Below, piece by piece: positions 30,099 through 41,100 of a stretch of DNA of 43,697 nucleotides. This stretch comes from Cyanobacteriota bacterium (lineage in GTDB: Bacteria; Cyanobacteriota; Cyanobacteriia; Thermostichales; Thermostichaceae), in contig JANRIL010000039.1 in assembly GCA_033764955.1 (NCBI GenBank), positions 1 through 43,697 of the forward strand, given 5' to 3'. Position numbers and translations under genes: made by a program. Position 1 is the first letter of the stretch. The number at the start of each line of letters is the position of its first letter. The notes under the pieces were generated by a model. It was given only the letters and a program-made list of their open reading frames with translations. It was not told the origin of the DNA and did no database searches.

Positions 30099-31339
30099 AA
30101 AGCTAGTGAAGCATATTCTTGGATAGCTGTCACAATTATTTGACTATATCGATCCCAGGTGAGTTGAGCAGCCTTCTCTCGGCTATTTTGGCTCATCTCT
30201 TCCCAATGATCTCGATGATCTGCAAACCAGGCAATCTTTTCAGCGATAGCTTCGGGAGATCGAATGGAGACTAGAAAGCCAGTTTTGCCATCTTCAATTA
30301 AATCCTCTCCACCCGTATTGGATGTAATAATAAGGGGTAAGCCACAACTCATGGCCTCCTGTTGAACTAAGGCTCGTCCCTCTACAATTGAAGGTAAGAC
30401 TAAGACATGACAGGTTTGCATGAGAGATAGAACCTGGGGGTGTGGTCGAGGTGGTTCATAAATGAAATTGGGATAATGAGATCGGTAGAAAGAAAGAGGT
30501 GCTAGTGCTGACCCTAACACAACTAGTTCAATATCAGAACGATTGAGAATCCTACAAGCAGCAAATAAATCAGCTAAGCCTTTACGCTGAGATAAAGAAC
30601 CAGCAAATAAAACACGAAGTTTAGGGTAAGTAAGTCTAAAATTAGTATAGCTTATATCAATTTTTATAGTGGGGGATCCAAATTCAGATACTACTACCAT
30701 CTTTGATTTTTTGATATCTAGAGGAAGGCTATTTCTGACAAATTTACTGGGGCATATAACTACATCACTTAATTGCAGTTCTTCAGTCTTACGATTTAAT
30801 TTTTCTAAAGAATTTCGTGTTCCGACAAGACTAAACTCCCATTCAGGTAAACGCTGAGCTTCTTGATTAAGTAAACTTTGGCTTGTTTCCCAATAGGCAA
30901 TTGGCAAATCATAAAAACAAGCAATTCCTATCTGCTTAGCTTGATAGAAGGTTTGCAATGCTCCATCTTCGTAAGCATAAACTCCTTTAACAGATAGCAA
31001 TTTATCAAGATCTGAAGCCACATATCGATCCAAGTCTTGATAAATTTTATCAATAGATGCCCATCCTATTTCATGCTGAGTAAGAAACGACCATTTCATA
31101 CGAGACGCTATTAGTCGAGCACATTCGAGGAAATACCTTTTTTTAATTAGTGATCCAGGAATTTCAAAGTTACGACGAAGCAACTCTTGTCTAAATGGTT
31201 CAGCAAGATATCTTAAGAACCAATCATCAGATTGTATTGAGATGGTCGTATAAAAAGCGGAAAGAATACCCGAGCTATAAACTTTTTTCAGCAAACTCTT
31301 TGAATTTGCATTGCCAGTGGGGTGTGTAAAAACCAGCAT
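30095..31339 (-). CDS. Glycosyltransferase family 4
   Basis: FAGSLSQRKG, VLPSIVEGRALVQQEAMSCGLP. Confidence 0.92.
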   Translation of the reverse strand: MLVFTHPTGNANSKSLLKKVYSSGILSAFYTTISIQSDDWFLRYLAEPFRQELLRRNFEIPGSLIKKRYFLECARLIASRMKWSFLTQHEIGWASIDKIYQDLDRYVASDLDKLLSVKGVYAYEDGALQTFYQAKQIGIACFYDLPIAYWETSQSLLNQEAQRLPEWEFSLVGTRNSLEKLNRKTEELQLSDVVICPSKFVRNSLPLDIKKSKMVVVSEFGSPTIKIDISYTNFRLTYPKLRVLFAGSLSQRKGLADLFAACRILNRSDIELVVLGSALAPLSFYRSHYPNFIYEPPRPHPQVLSLMQTCHVLVLPSIVEGRALVQQEAMSCGLPLIITSNTGGEDLIEDGKTGFLVSIRSPEAIAEKIAWFADHRDHWEEMSQNSREKAAQLTWDRYSQIIVTAIQEYASLAL

Positions 31340-31413
31340 TTTTTAGCTGCCCAAATAAGCAAAAACGATTTTAGTTAAAAATATCATATGAACTCAGATC
31401 GTCGATAAAGGCT

Positions 31414-32448
31414 CTAGATTGTAGGCGGTGGATCCCTTCGGATGGCTGCTTCCATAACTTTGAGATAGGCTTTCGTCACATGAGTAGGATGATGTTTCTC
31501 AAGATGCTCAGATGCAAATGATTGATAGTAGCTTATTTGTTCAGGCTGCATTAAAAGTAACTTAATCTCCTCAGCAAGCGCATTAGCATCCCCATTTGGA
31601 AAGGTCAGTCCACAGGAGCCAATGGCGTCTTTTAATCCACCCCCCTCTGATCCAATAACGACACAGCCACATGCTATCCCTTCTAAGGCAACAATACCAA
31701 ATGGTTCGTTCCAGCGAGATGGAATGACCATAATTCGATGAGCATTAAGTATTTTTACTAACTCTTCTCCACGCTTAACACCTAAAAAGTCAAGTTGAGA
31801 TCGGATCCCCAGCTCATGTGCTAAACCTTGAAGATTAGACATTTCAGAGCCATCACCCACAATGGTTAGTGAAGGTAAAAAACCTTGATTTTTAAGAATG
31901 AATAAAGCCCTGAGTAACAGATCTACTCCCTTATCAGAAACGAGACGACCAACAAAAATTAAGTCTCTTACCTTAGGGATCCCTAACCATCTTTTGAATA
32001 GATCTGCTTGGTAAGGGTTTTCAATAACAACTGAGAAAACTGGCAACGATGATGCGGTAGCCCTACTATTAGCAATATTGTAAGCCTTTTTAAGTAAGTT
32101 AAGCTTAACTTTATCAATCATGGAGGGCTGGCCACTAGGACGAGAGATCCAAGTGGCATGACGAATAACCTGAGGCTTATTAAATAAAAAAGATAACCAG
32201 CCTAATTGCAAGCTTATATTATTATGAAAAACAATGTCTGCCCATAAACAAGAATTTAGCAAGTCTGATAGAGATGGTCTTCTAACAATCCTATAAGTTA
32301 GATTCTTGGGATCCATACTCTCTTCAGACATCGTGATTACTTTTACATCATGTTTCATCATAACCATCTGCTCAGCGATGATTTCACCAATAGTTTCTAC
32401 ACCACCAACATCTGGATAAAACTTATACGATAGAAGAAGTATCTTCAT
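31414..32448 (-). CDS. Glycosyltransferase family 4
   Basis: FYPDVGGVE, FVGRLVSDKG, PSRWNEPFGIVALEGIACG. Confidence 0.92.
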   Translation of the reverse strand: MKILLLSYKFYPDVGGVETIGEIIAEQMVMMKHDVKVITMSEESMDPKNLTYRIVRRPSLSDLLNSCLWADIVFHNNISLQLGWLSFLFNKPQVIRHATWISRPSGQPSMIDKVKLNLLKKAYNIANSRATASSLPVFSVVIENPYQADLFKRWLGIPKVRDLIFVGRLVSDKGVDLLLRALFILKNQGFLPSLTIVGDGSEMSNLQGLAHELGIRSQLDFLGVKRGEELVKILNAHRIMVIPSRWNEPFGIVALEGIACGCVVIGSEGGGLKDAIGSCGLTFPNGDANALAEEIKLLLMQPEQISYYQSFASEHLEKHHPTHVTKAYLKVMEAAIRRDPPPTI

Positions 32449-32454
32449 TGTTAA

Positions 32455-33282
32455 TTAGTCCCAGTCGAACTCTATACCAATAAGCTCAAAAAGCTGATGA
32501 TTATACTGAGAAAAATAATTAGTGAGTTGCCTGCGAGTATTGAGATCCAGTCCATGCGAGTAGTTTCTTGTATTATGGGGTTTAAATTCTTTTAGCTGAT
32601 AGTTTTGGATAGGTAAATTAAGAAACTTTTGAACCTCAAGAAAAACATTGTGAGTATCACCAAAGAGCTTTTCAGTTTCTAAAACTAAAATATTATTTCT
32701 CGGAAAGCATGAGAGAAAACGAGCTAACTGATCAACATAGATACTCTTATGTAAATAGGCAAAGTCCATACAATACTTGCTGTAAAAGTGCTGATCATTT
32801 AACATTTTTTGTAGTTCACCCTCTATTTTAGAGGAATCCTCTTCTATGGCTCTTTCAAATGACCTAGATTCCCGTTGATAGGTAAGATTATGGTTGTAGT
32901 GAGAGTAAGCTCTATCTACTGGGTTTCTAAGCAGAAAGATAATTTTTGCATTGGGACAAGCTTGAGTAATGCGACTAGCTGAGTGAGGGTAAAACATATA
33001 GTTTGGAGATGCTTCAAACGTCAGATAAAAATTATTTCTAGATTTTATTGGAAAATTACTTTTATACCATAAGCTACCCCGATTATATTTTTCATTAAAA
33101 TAGTGAATTTCTTTCCATACATCTGGAGGCAAAACAACGGAAGGGTGGCTTTGCAGATATTTATAAAGAGACGTCGTGCCTGCCTTTTGAGCACCAACGA
33201 TTATAAAATCTGGCATTGATCTAAAAGAACTAGTTATGATGCGAAAAACGTGATTAAAATTCGACCTTCTTGTAACTTTCAT
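32455..33282 (-). CDS. PAPS-dependent sulfotransferase
   Basis: 5'-PSB PDFIIVGAQKAGTTSL, KEIHYF, EASPNY, and 3'-PB LLRNPVDRAYSHY. Confidence 0.92.
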   Translation of the reverse strand: MKVTRRSNFNHVFRIITSSFRSMPDFIIVGAQKAGTTSLYKYLQSHPSVVLPPDVWKEIHYFNEKYNRGSLWYKSNFPIKSRNNFYLTFEASPNYMFYPHSASRITQACPNAKIIFLLRNPVDRAYSHYNHNLTYQRESRSFERAIEEDSSKIEGELQKMLNDQHFYSKYCMDFAYLHKSIYVDQLARFLSCFPRNNILVLETEKLFGDTHNVFLEVQKFLNLPIQNYQLKEFKPHNTRNYSHGLDLNTRRQLTNYFSQYNHQLFELIGIEFDWD

Positions 33283-33326
33283 GTCGATTTTCGATTTTAG
33301 TGAAATGATATACTAGCCTCACGGAG

Positions 33327-34169
33327 TTAGGATTGGGATTTAGCTCTAAACAATACCCATCTTTGTCCTTCTCTACGATATTCACTGATAGCTTTTAGAG
33401 CATTATCTTTACTGTTGAGGAAATTTAATTCTGGGAAACTGTCTGGGTTACGCGGCTGAGATGAAATTAGTTTTGCAGTATGAGTTACGCTAAATCGTTC
33501 TATTAAAGGATCCGTAATATTGTTTTCTTGTGTATCGTGCAGCTCGATTAATAAATCGCTCCTAGAAAGTCCTCTAATAGCAACTTCATCAAAGAGAATG
33601 GCTTCATAGCCTTCACAATCACACATAATAAAACAACGTTTATTTAACTCCGACAAATATTGCGAACTGCACCAGTTTTTGAAAGTCATTTGATGAGCTA
33701 CATCATTTAGGATGGCCATCTTTTTACAAAAATCTAATTCTCTTGGTTCTGTATCAAACGCAATGACAGGTAAGTCCGTTTTTAATGCTAAACCAACTGC
33801 GTAATATCCTTCTGCTGAGCCAATATCAATTACACACTCGTACTGACTTTTCGCATTGAGGATGATGGCATCAAGGCTTGAATGAAGCTCCATCTCATAG
33901 GATCCAAGAAGTTTTGGTATGCTGTGTCTAACTGCTAAAGATTCTTGAGGGTAAGTCATGCCTGAAAACAAGCCATGTAAAACAGTTGTTCCGTAGTTAT
34001 CAATAAATTGGCGATTGATTATATCAAGTCCTTGTCTTTGAAGAAATCTATGTTGATAATTTCTTGACCGGATAGAAATTATTTTTGTAAAAAGTGGAGT
34101 TGGGAGAATTAATTCAGTCACCTTTCTTAGAGCAGATTTTATTGATTGCATAGAGATATATCCCCTCAA
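33327..34169 (-). CDS. SAM-dependent methyltransferase-like protein
   Basis: KLLGSYE, motif I VIDIGSAEGYYAVG, CDCEGYE, LIELHD (FkbM-like). The start may be ATG 34151. Confidence 0.7.
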   Translation of the reverse strand: MRGYISMQSIKSALRKVTELILPTPLFTKIISIRSRNYQHRFLQRQGLDIINRQFIDNYGTTVLHGLFSGMTYPQESLAVRHSIPKLLGSYEMELHSSLDAIILNAKSQYECVIDIGSAEGYYAVGLALKTDLPVIAFDTEPRELDFCKKMAILNDVAHQMTFKNWCSSQYLSELNKRCFIMCDCEGYEAILFDEVAIRGLSRSDLLIELHDTQENNITDPLIERFSVTHTAKLISSQPRNPDSFPELNFLNSKDNALKAISEYRREGQRWVLFRAKSQS

Positions 34170-35242
34170 GAAAGGAAAAAGCTATATTCTAAAGATAAAG
34201 ATTTTGACGAATGGGTTTGATATAGCTTAAAAGCTCTTTCGGATATGAGACTCGCATTGATAAGTTCTGATTTTCTTGTTGCTAAAGTGTCAGCGCAAAT
34301 AAAGTAGTTCTCCTGATCTTTATACTCTAAAATTACTTTTTTCTTTGAAGATATAATTGAAACTAGACCGTGCGCCAGAAATGAAGCAAAAATTGTCGAT
34401 TTGTTCAACAAGTATAATGGAATTAACAATAAACCCATTTTTGAATCTTTTAAGAGGCTAGATATATTCATTGGGTCTAATATACCATAGTTATTAACAT
34501 TTAAGATTTCCCCACAGGCTGGCTTGCCAGGGCCGATATCTACAATCGATTGTATTCCTAGCTTTTCACAAAATGGTAAGAACTCTGACCAGTGATTATA
34601 AACCTCTTGTCTTCTACCTAAACCGCCAAAAACGACCGCCTGGGGCTTACGTTCTTCAAAAGAAGGCAAACAATCAGGTTCACCCACATTAGAGAACACA
34701 GGCAATATCTTCAACCAATCTCGAGTAGAACGATAAAATGGATCTAAATTGCGAATTACTTCGCCATAAAACTCATTAGAAGTAACACAGATTTCGCTGA
34801 TTCTTAATAGATCTTGAGCCACCACAATTTGAGCAGGGCGATACCAAAATTCACTCTTCCACATTGGGCCAGAGGCATAGACTTCATGAAACATGGTCAC
34901 CAAGGGATCCCTTGCTTTTTTGTGCCATTGCTTGAGTCCTTCAGACAACCAGAATGGCGCACCCCTACGGGCGTAGCCATATCCCACGTAGTGCAAAAGG
35001 ACTGGCATAGAGGTACTACTGTCAAGGGATCCTATTAAACTAGTGTCGGTGCGACTGGCAACGGTTCTCACCTCAAACCCCTCAATTTCACTGCCTCCAT
35101 GCCACTCAGGATTGCCCACAATGAATATGGAATTTATGCCGTGATGTTGGCGCATGGCTCTTGCCAAAATGAGCGCATAATCACCGACTCCACTGATAGC
35201 CGGAGGTAATGTGGGCACAATTTGTAGAATGGTTTTTCCCAT
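34166..35242 (-). CDS. Glycosyltransferase-like protein (divergent GT-B)
   Basis: PPAISGVGDYA, LHYVGYGYARRG, TMFHE, LPVFSNVGEP, KSTIFASFLAHG. Confidence 0.75.
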   Translation of the reverse strand: MGKTILQIVPTLPPAISGVGDYALILARAMRQHHGINSIFIVGNPEWHGGSEIEGFEVRTVASRTDTSLIGSLDSSTSMPVLLHYVGYGYARRGAPFWLSEGLKQWHKKARDPLVTMFHEVYASGPMWKSEFWYRPAQIVVAQDLLRISEICVTSNEFYGEVIRNLDPFYRSTRDWLKILPVFSNVGEPDCLPSFEERKPQAVVFGGLGRRQEVYNHWSEFLPFCEKLGIQSIVDIGPGKPACGEILNVNNYGILDPMNISSLLKDSKMGLLLIPLYLLNKSTIFASFLAHGLVSIISSKKKVILEYKDQENYFICADTLATRKSELINASLISERAFKLYQTHSSKSLSLEYSFFLS

Positions 35243-35281
35243 GAGACTAATGTTAGCCCTAAGTTCCCCATTTGGTTGAGG

Positions 35282-35290
35282 ATCTTACCA
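35282..35290 (-). promoter_or_regulatory. Extended -10 candidate for the glycan operon
   Basis: TGGTAAGAT on the minus strand, about 40 bp upstream of ATG 35242. Confidence 0.4.
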
Positions 35291-35370
35291 CAACATTTCT
35301 CTTGGCTCTTGAGCAGGCTCTAGGTGCCCCCCATCAGATTGGGCAGATATCCGAGCGGAGAAGGGGAGAA

Positions 35371-35379
35371 TGATAAAAT
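35371..35379 (+). promoter_or_regulatory. Extended -10 candidate for gyrA
   Basis: TGATAAAAT about 90 bp upstream of the ATG. Confidence 0.45.
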
Positions 35380-35470
35380 AAGAGTGCTATCCACCCCTGT
35401 ATGGTTGGTTGTGCTGACAGTCTAAAGGCTGACGAGGCAACCCATTCAGGGATCCCTCAAGGCAGTATTC

Positions 35471-38107
35471 ATGAGCGACCACGATTCGTCCCTGCGGATC
35501 ATCCCCACTGACTTGCAGCAAGAGATGGCTCAATCCTACCTGGAATACGCCATGAGCGTGATTGTGGGACGAGCCTTGCCCGATGCACGAGATGGGCTGA
35601 AACCTGTGCATCGACGTATTCTCTACGCTATGCACGAGTTGGGACTTAGCCCGGATCGCCCCTTTCGTAAATGCGCCCGTGTGGTGGGGGATGTCATCGG
35701 GAAATACCATCCCCATGGAGATGTGGCGGTTTACGATGCCCTAGTGCGGATGGCTCAAGACTTCTCCATGCGGGAACGTTTGGTGGATGGTCATGGCAAT
35801 TTTGGTTCGGTAGATAATGATCCACCTGCCGCCATGCGCTACACCGAGTGCCGCCTGACCGCCCTTTCCCAACTGGTGCTCCTACAAGATATTGATGCGA
35901 ATACGGTCGATTTTGGCGACAACTATGATGGTTCGCAGCAGGAACCACTGGTCTTGCCCGCACGGATCCCGCAATTACTTCTCAATGGATCCTCAGGTAT
36001 TGCCGTAGGTATGGCAACCAATATCCCTCCCCACAACTTGACAGAATTGGTGAGTGGATTAATTGCCCTAATTCAAAATCCTGAACTGACTAGCTTGGAA
36101 TTGATGCACTATATCCCTGCCCCTGACTTCCCAACAGGTGGGATCCTTTTGGGTCAACAAGGGATCCGTGAAGCCTACACATCGGGACGGGGTTCGATTA
36201 CGATGCGGGGCGTCACCAGTGTCGAAACCATTCAGCATCGAGGCCGACCGGATCGGGATGCAATTATCATCACTGAATTACCCTATCAAACCAACAAAGC
36301 CTCGATGATCGAGAAGATTGCTGAGTTGGTCAATGAAAAAAGATTGGAGGGAATTTCAGATATTCGGGACGAAAGCGATCGGGATGGAATGCGGGTTGTC
36401 ATTGAGCTAAAACGGGACGCTCAGGTGCAAGTTGTCCTGAACAATCTCTATAAACAAACCCCCCTGCAAGCCAACTTTGGTATGAACATGTTGGCGATTG
36501 TCAACGGTGAACCACGTACCCTTAGTTTGAAAGAGGCGCTCCAAGTTTTTCTCGATTTTCGAGAAGAGGTCATTGAGCGGCGCACCCGCTATGAGTTACA
36601 AAAAGCAGAAGATCGTGATCATTTGCTGCAAGGATTATTGCTAGCTCTTGGCAACATTGATCGGATCATTGCGATGATTCGAGAGGCCGCCGATACGGCT
36701 CATGCTCGTGAACAATTGCAGCAAGAATTTGGTCTCTCCCAAACCCAAGCCGATGGGATCCTGCAAATGCAACTGCGGCGGCTGACAGCTTTAGAGGCGG
36801 AAAAAATTGAGGCCGAACATACGGAACTGTTGCGCCAGATTGCTGATCTGCAAGACATCCTGCGGCGACGAGAGCGGGTGCTGCAAATGATTCGAGAAGA
36901 GCTAGAGCAAATTCAGGCTCGGTTTCCTAGCCCTCGCCGCTCCCAGATCTGTGTTGATGATTCTGAGCTAGATACCGCCGATCTGATTGAAAACCGAGAA
37001 ATAGTCGTCTTTCTGACGGAACAAGGTTACATCAAACGGATGGATATTGAGGAGTTTCAGTTGCAGGGGCGAGCCACCCGTGGTAAAGCCGGAGCGCGCA
37101 TTAAAGAGGATGATGCTGTCGAACAGTTTTTTGCCTGCCACAGCCACGATACTATCCTCTTCTTCACCGAGCGGGGCATTGCCTACACGGTGCGGGGATT
37201 TCAGATTCCGCAAGGGAGTCGGTCGGCTCGCGGAGTAGCGATTGTGCAGTTGTTGCCGATTGCCCGTGATGAGTCGGTGACCTCGATGGTACCCGTGACC
37301 GAATTTAGCGATGACGAGTATTTGGTGATGCTCACCCGTGGGGGCTACATCAAAAAAACGGCTCTCTCGGCTTTTGCCAACGTGCGGGCGAATGGCCTGA
37401 TTGCCATCTCTTTGGAAGAAGGAGATCAGTTGCGCTGGGTGCGCCGTGCCCGCACCACGGATGATGTGGTGATGGGAACTGAGCAGGGGATGGCGATTCG
37501 CTTTAAAACGGATAACGAACAACTGCGCCCACTGGGTCGGGCTACCCGCGGAGTAAGAGCGATTACCCTCAACCCTAGGGACAGTATTGTCAGCATGGAT
37601 ATTATCCTGGCGGAGTCAGTCATGGCAGCGGAGAGTATCGGGGATCAGTTACCCAATCCCTGGATTTTGGCGATTACCCGTGGGGGCTATGGCAAACGGT
37701 GCGCCATTGATGAATTTCGCGCCCAAAATCGGGGAGGCAAAGGGGTGATAGCAACCAAGTTTCGCCATGACAGCGATCAACTGTCGGCGCTACGGGTGGT
37801 GAACACCGAGGATGAAGTCATGGTGGTGACGGAGCGCGGTATTGTGATGCGACAATCTGCTAGCGCGATTTCTAGCCAATCCCGCATGGGAACGGGCGTG
37901 CGGGTGCAACGCTTAGATGCCGACGATGCCATCGTGGCAGTGACGATTGTGCCGGCATCCTTTACGTCCGCACAGCCTATCGAGGGTGGAGAAGCCGACG
38001 GAATAGTCGCTCCAGCCGGAGAAATGGGGGAGACAGAAGCTATTTCCGACGAAGCACAGAATTCCCCATCTGGCGGAACGGATGACTTTTTCCCTCCGTC
38101 TGCCTAA
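35471..38107 (+). CDS. gyrA: DNA gyrase subunit A
   Basis: [25 protein letters not shown], catalytic AAMRYTE, beta-pinwheel repeats with GyrA-box-like QGRATRG / QNRGGKG, and an acidic tail. Confidence 0.95.
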   Translation: MSDHDSSLRIIPTDLQQEMAQSYLEYAMSVIVGRALPDARDGLKPVHRRILYAMHELGLSPDRPFRKCARVVGDVIGKYHPHGDVAVYDALVRMAQDFSMRERLVDGHGNFGSVDNDPPAAMRYTECRLTALSQLVLLQDIDANTVDFGDNYDGSQQEPLVLPARIPQLLLNGSSGIAVGMATNIPPHNLTELVSGLIALIQNPELTSLELMHYIPAPDFPTGGILLGQQGIREAYTSGRGSITMRGVTSVETIQHRGRPDRDAIIITELPYQTNKASMIEKIAELVNEKRLEGISDIRDESDRDGMRVVIELKRDAQVQVVLNNLYKQTPLQANFGMNMLAIVNGEPRTLSLKEALQVFLDFREEVIERRTRYELQKAEDRDHLLQGLLLALGNIDRIIAMIREAADTAHAREQLQQEFGLSQTQADGILQMQLRRLTALEAEKIEAEHTELLRQIADLQDILRRRERVLQMIREELEQIQARFPSPRRSQICVDDSELDTADLIENREIVVFLTEQGYIKRMDIEEFQLQGRATRGKAGARIKEDDAVEQFFACHSHDTILFFTERGIAYTVRGFQIPQGSRSARGVAIVQLLPIARDESVTSMVPVTEFSDDEYLVMLTRGGYIKKTALSAFANVRANGLIAISLEEGDQLRWVRRARTTDDVVMGTEQGMAIRFKTDNEQLRPLGRATRGVRAITLNPRDSIVSMDIILAESVMAAESIGDQLPNPWILAITRGGYGKRCAIDEFRAQNRGGKGVIATKFRHDSDQLSALRVVNTEDEVMVVTERGIVMRQSASAISSQSRMGTGVRVQRLDADDAIVAVTIVPASFTSAQPIEGGEADGIVAPAGEMGETEAISDEAQNSPSGGTDDFFPPSA

Positions 38108-38193
38108 TTTTAGGACTTCAAACCACCGCCTGCTTGTCCCTTAACCCTAATGGTTTGAGTAGATTTCGTGTGTGGCTGTCTCCCTTCGCTCAG

Positions 38194-41100
38194 TCAGGAC
38201 GGCAATTTAGGGCTAACACCGATCAATGTCTTGATGGTTTGTAGCAGCTCTTGGTTGAGGGTGCGGGATTTGACTAAGGTAGCCGCCACATTCTGGGCAA
38301 CTTTGGGGCTGACTTCTTGAGCGGAAAAGATCACCACAGGAATTGTGGGTTGATGGTTAATTTCAGTCAACAGATCAAGGCCAGATCCATCTGGTAATCC
38401 TATATCCAGCAAGATTAGATCGATGTGATGATCCTTAAGAAAGCGACGAGCTTCCTTGAGGGTTTTTACTTGATAGACCTGAGCAATATCTTGTAGGAGA
38501 GTAATAACAATTTGAGAGATATCTAGATCATCTTCAATGTGTAAAATGGCAGCCCGCTCTCGCCCTGAGTATTGGATCGCTCGTTTCACCGCTGCCAAAA
38601 GCAAATGTTGATCAACAGGTTTATCTAAGCAATCCAAAACAGCAAACCCACTCTCCTTTAACTCTTGGGATCCCAATCTGGCTCTAGCCGATACCACTAC
38701 CACAGGAAGATGCTGGGTAGTCGGATTTTTGCGTAGCTCTTTGATCAGGGAGATGCCATCCTGATCGGGCAACATGAGATCTAAGGTCATGGCGGCAAAA
38801 GTTTGTTCCACAAGTTTTTGCTTAGCCTGCTGGGCTGAATGAGCTACTACCACACCAAAGCCATGCTGACCTAACATTAAGCTGAGTAGATTGGCGATGT
38901 CGGGATCATCTTCACAGACTAGAATCATTACTTGCTGATGGGATCCCTCTATCAAGAGAGGGGGAGATTCATAGATAGGCAAATCGAAATAAAACGTTGT
39001 TCCGACATTCACTTGGCTGTCAAAACCAATCTGTCCACCCATTTTTTCGATGACAACTTTACTGATACTTAACCCTAACCCCGTGCCCCCTTTTTGCCGA
39101 CTATCGGAGGCATCAGCTTGAGCAAATTTTTGAAAAATGCGCGGACGAAAAGCCTCCGGGATTCCGGAGCCTGCATCTTTGACTGAGACACGCACCATCG
39201 GAACCCCATCGGCTTCTCCTGGGATGAGGGGATCCCGCTGAGTAATCTCAATTCTCACTTGCTCGTGAACCGGAGAAAACTTGGCAGCATTGGACAGTAA
39301 ATTAGCCATCACTTGCAAGAGACGCTGGCTATCAATATTCACCTGAAGATTTTGGGGGATACTCGTTTTTTCTAAAATAAAATGGACATTAAACTGTTGA
39401 GCATAGGGTAGATTTGCTTCGATAGATTGCTCAATAAGAGGAACTAGAGGTGTAGGAAACAGGTCGAATCGCATCTTGCCCGATTCAATTTTTTCAATAT
39501 CTAAAATGTCATTAATTAACAGGATTAGCCGCTCACTATTTTTATAGGCAATTTCTATTAATTCCTTTGTTTTTCCAGAGATTTCTCCCCCGATGCCTCC
39601 CATGATTAAGCCAAGGGATCCCCTGACTGATGTGAGCGGGGTACGTAATTCGTGACTAACCATAGAGACAAATTCATTCTTCATTCGCTCGATTTTTCTG
39701 CGTTCGGTGACATCTCGATAACTCCAAACTCGTCCAATAATCTGCTCACAAACTTTTTGAGGCTGGGTATATCGCTCCAGCGTTCGTCCATCCTGCATCT
39801 CTACCCAGTCGGAGATGATTTCTTCTGAATTCATCAATTGCTGATAGCGGTCTATAAAAACCTGTGAATCTTGTGTTTGTTCAGCCATCATCCTTATTCT
39901 CTCGGCAACGGAACTCTCCTGCATCTCAGAGTCATCAAAATCCCACATTTCCAAGAACTTGTGGTTATAACTTAAGCATTTTCCCTCTAAGTTGACCACC
40001 AAAATACCATCGGCTGTTGATTCGAGAGTGGCTTTTAATAGGGAAAGGGACTCCTGCCGCTCCTGCTCAGCTTGTTTGGCTTCTGTAATATCCATGGCTA
40101 CACCCATCAATTCATAGGCTTGCCCCGATTCATCCCGCAAAAAATTACCGAAATTTGCCATCCAACGAATCACTCCATCGGAACGGATGAAGCGATATTC
40201 GCAGATATAGGGTATGCCCTCTGTTAAAGCAGCCTGCTGCTTTTCTTGCAGATACGCCCGATCTTGCGGATGGACAAGTTGTAAAAACTCCTCGTAGGTG
40301 TGTTGGCTATCGGGGGTCTTGCCATAGAGGGCGGCTAATTCCGGTGTCCATTTTTCTTCATTGGTTTGTAGATTCCAAGACCAAGCTCCCATCTGGGCAG
40401 CGGCCAATGCCATGCGTAGCCACGTTTCGCTTTGCCGTAAAGCCGCCTCTGACTGGCGTTCTTCGGTAATATCCCGCACTACCCCCAGCACTTCATCCGA
40501 GCCACAGGGGACAAAGCGCCCTTCATAAATGTGGTCTTTCCCCTCGATCTCAAGTTGATAGGCGAGCATCTGCATCTCGCCCGTCTCTAGGGCTTGGGTG
40601 AGACAATGCATGCGCTGGGCATAGACATCCGGTGGCAAGACATCCTGCATCCGTTTGCCCACATAATTAGCGGCAGTTAGCAACGTTGGGAAATGGGAAG
40701 GAATGCGAAAATCTAAGTAAACCCCTTCCCGGTTAACCCGAAAGATTAGGTCAGGAATCGCACTCAATAAGGCTTCATTTTTAGCCTCCGCCAACCGTGC
40801 GGCGGCAAGAGCCTGATCCCGCTCAGCGGTGTGAAGTTTGTCGAGGGTGATGTCTTCGATCATGGCAAAGGTAAATTCCACCTGCCCATCCACATTAGGG
40901 AGTGTAGAAACCGTCAGTCGCCCCCAAAAGATGATGCCGTCTCGCCGCACATAGCGCTTTTCAATTTGGTAGTAGCTACGTTTGCCCGCGATCAAATCCT
41001 GATAAAGCTGCATGTCCAGAGCCAAATCTTCGGGATGCGTTAGATCCGAAAAACTCAGGTTTTGCAGTTCCTCCTGACTGCGGGCGTGCATCGCTTGTAG

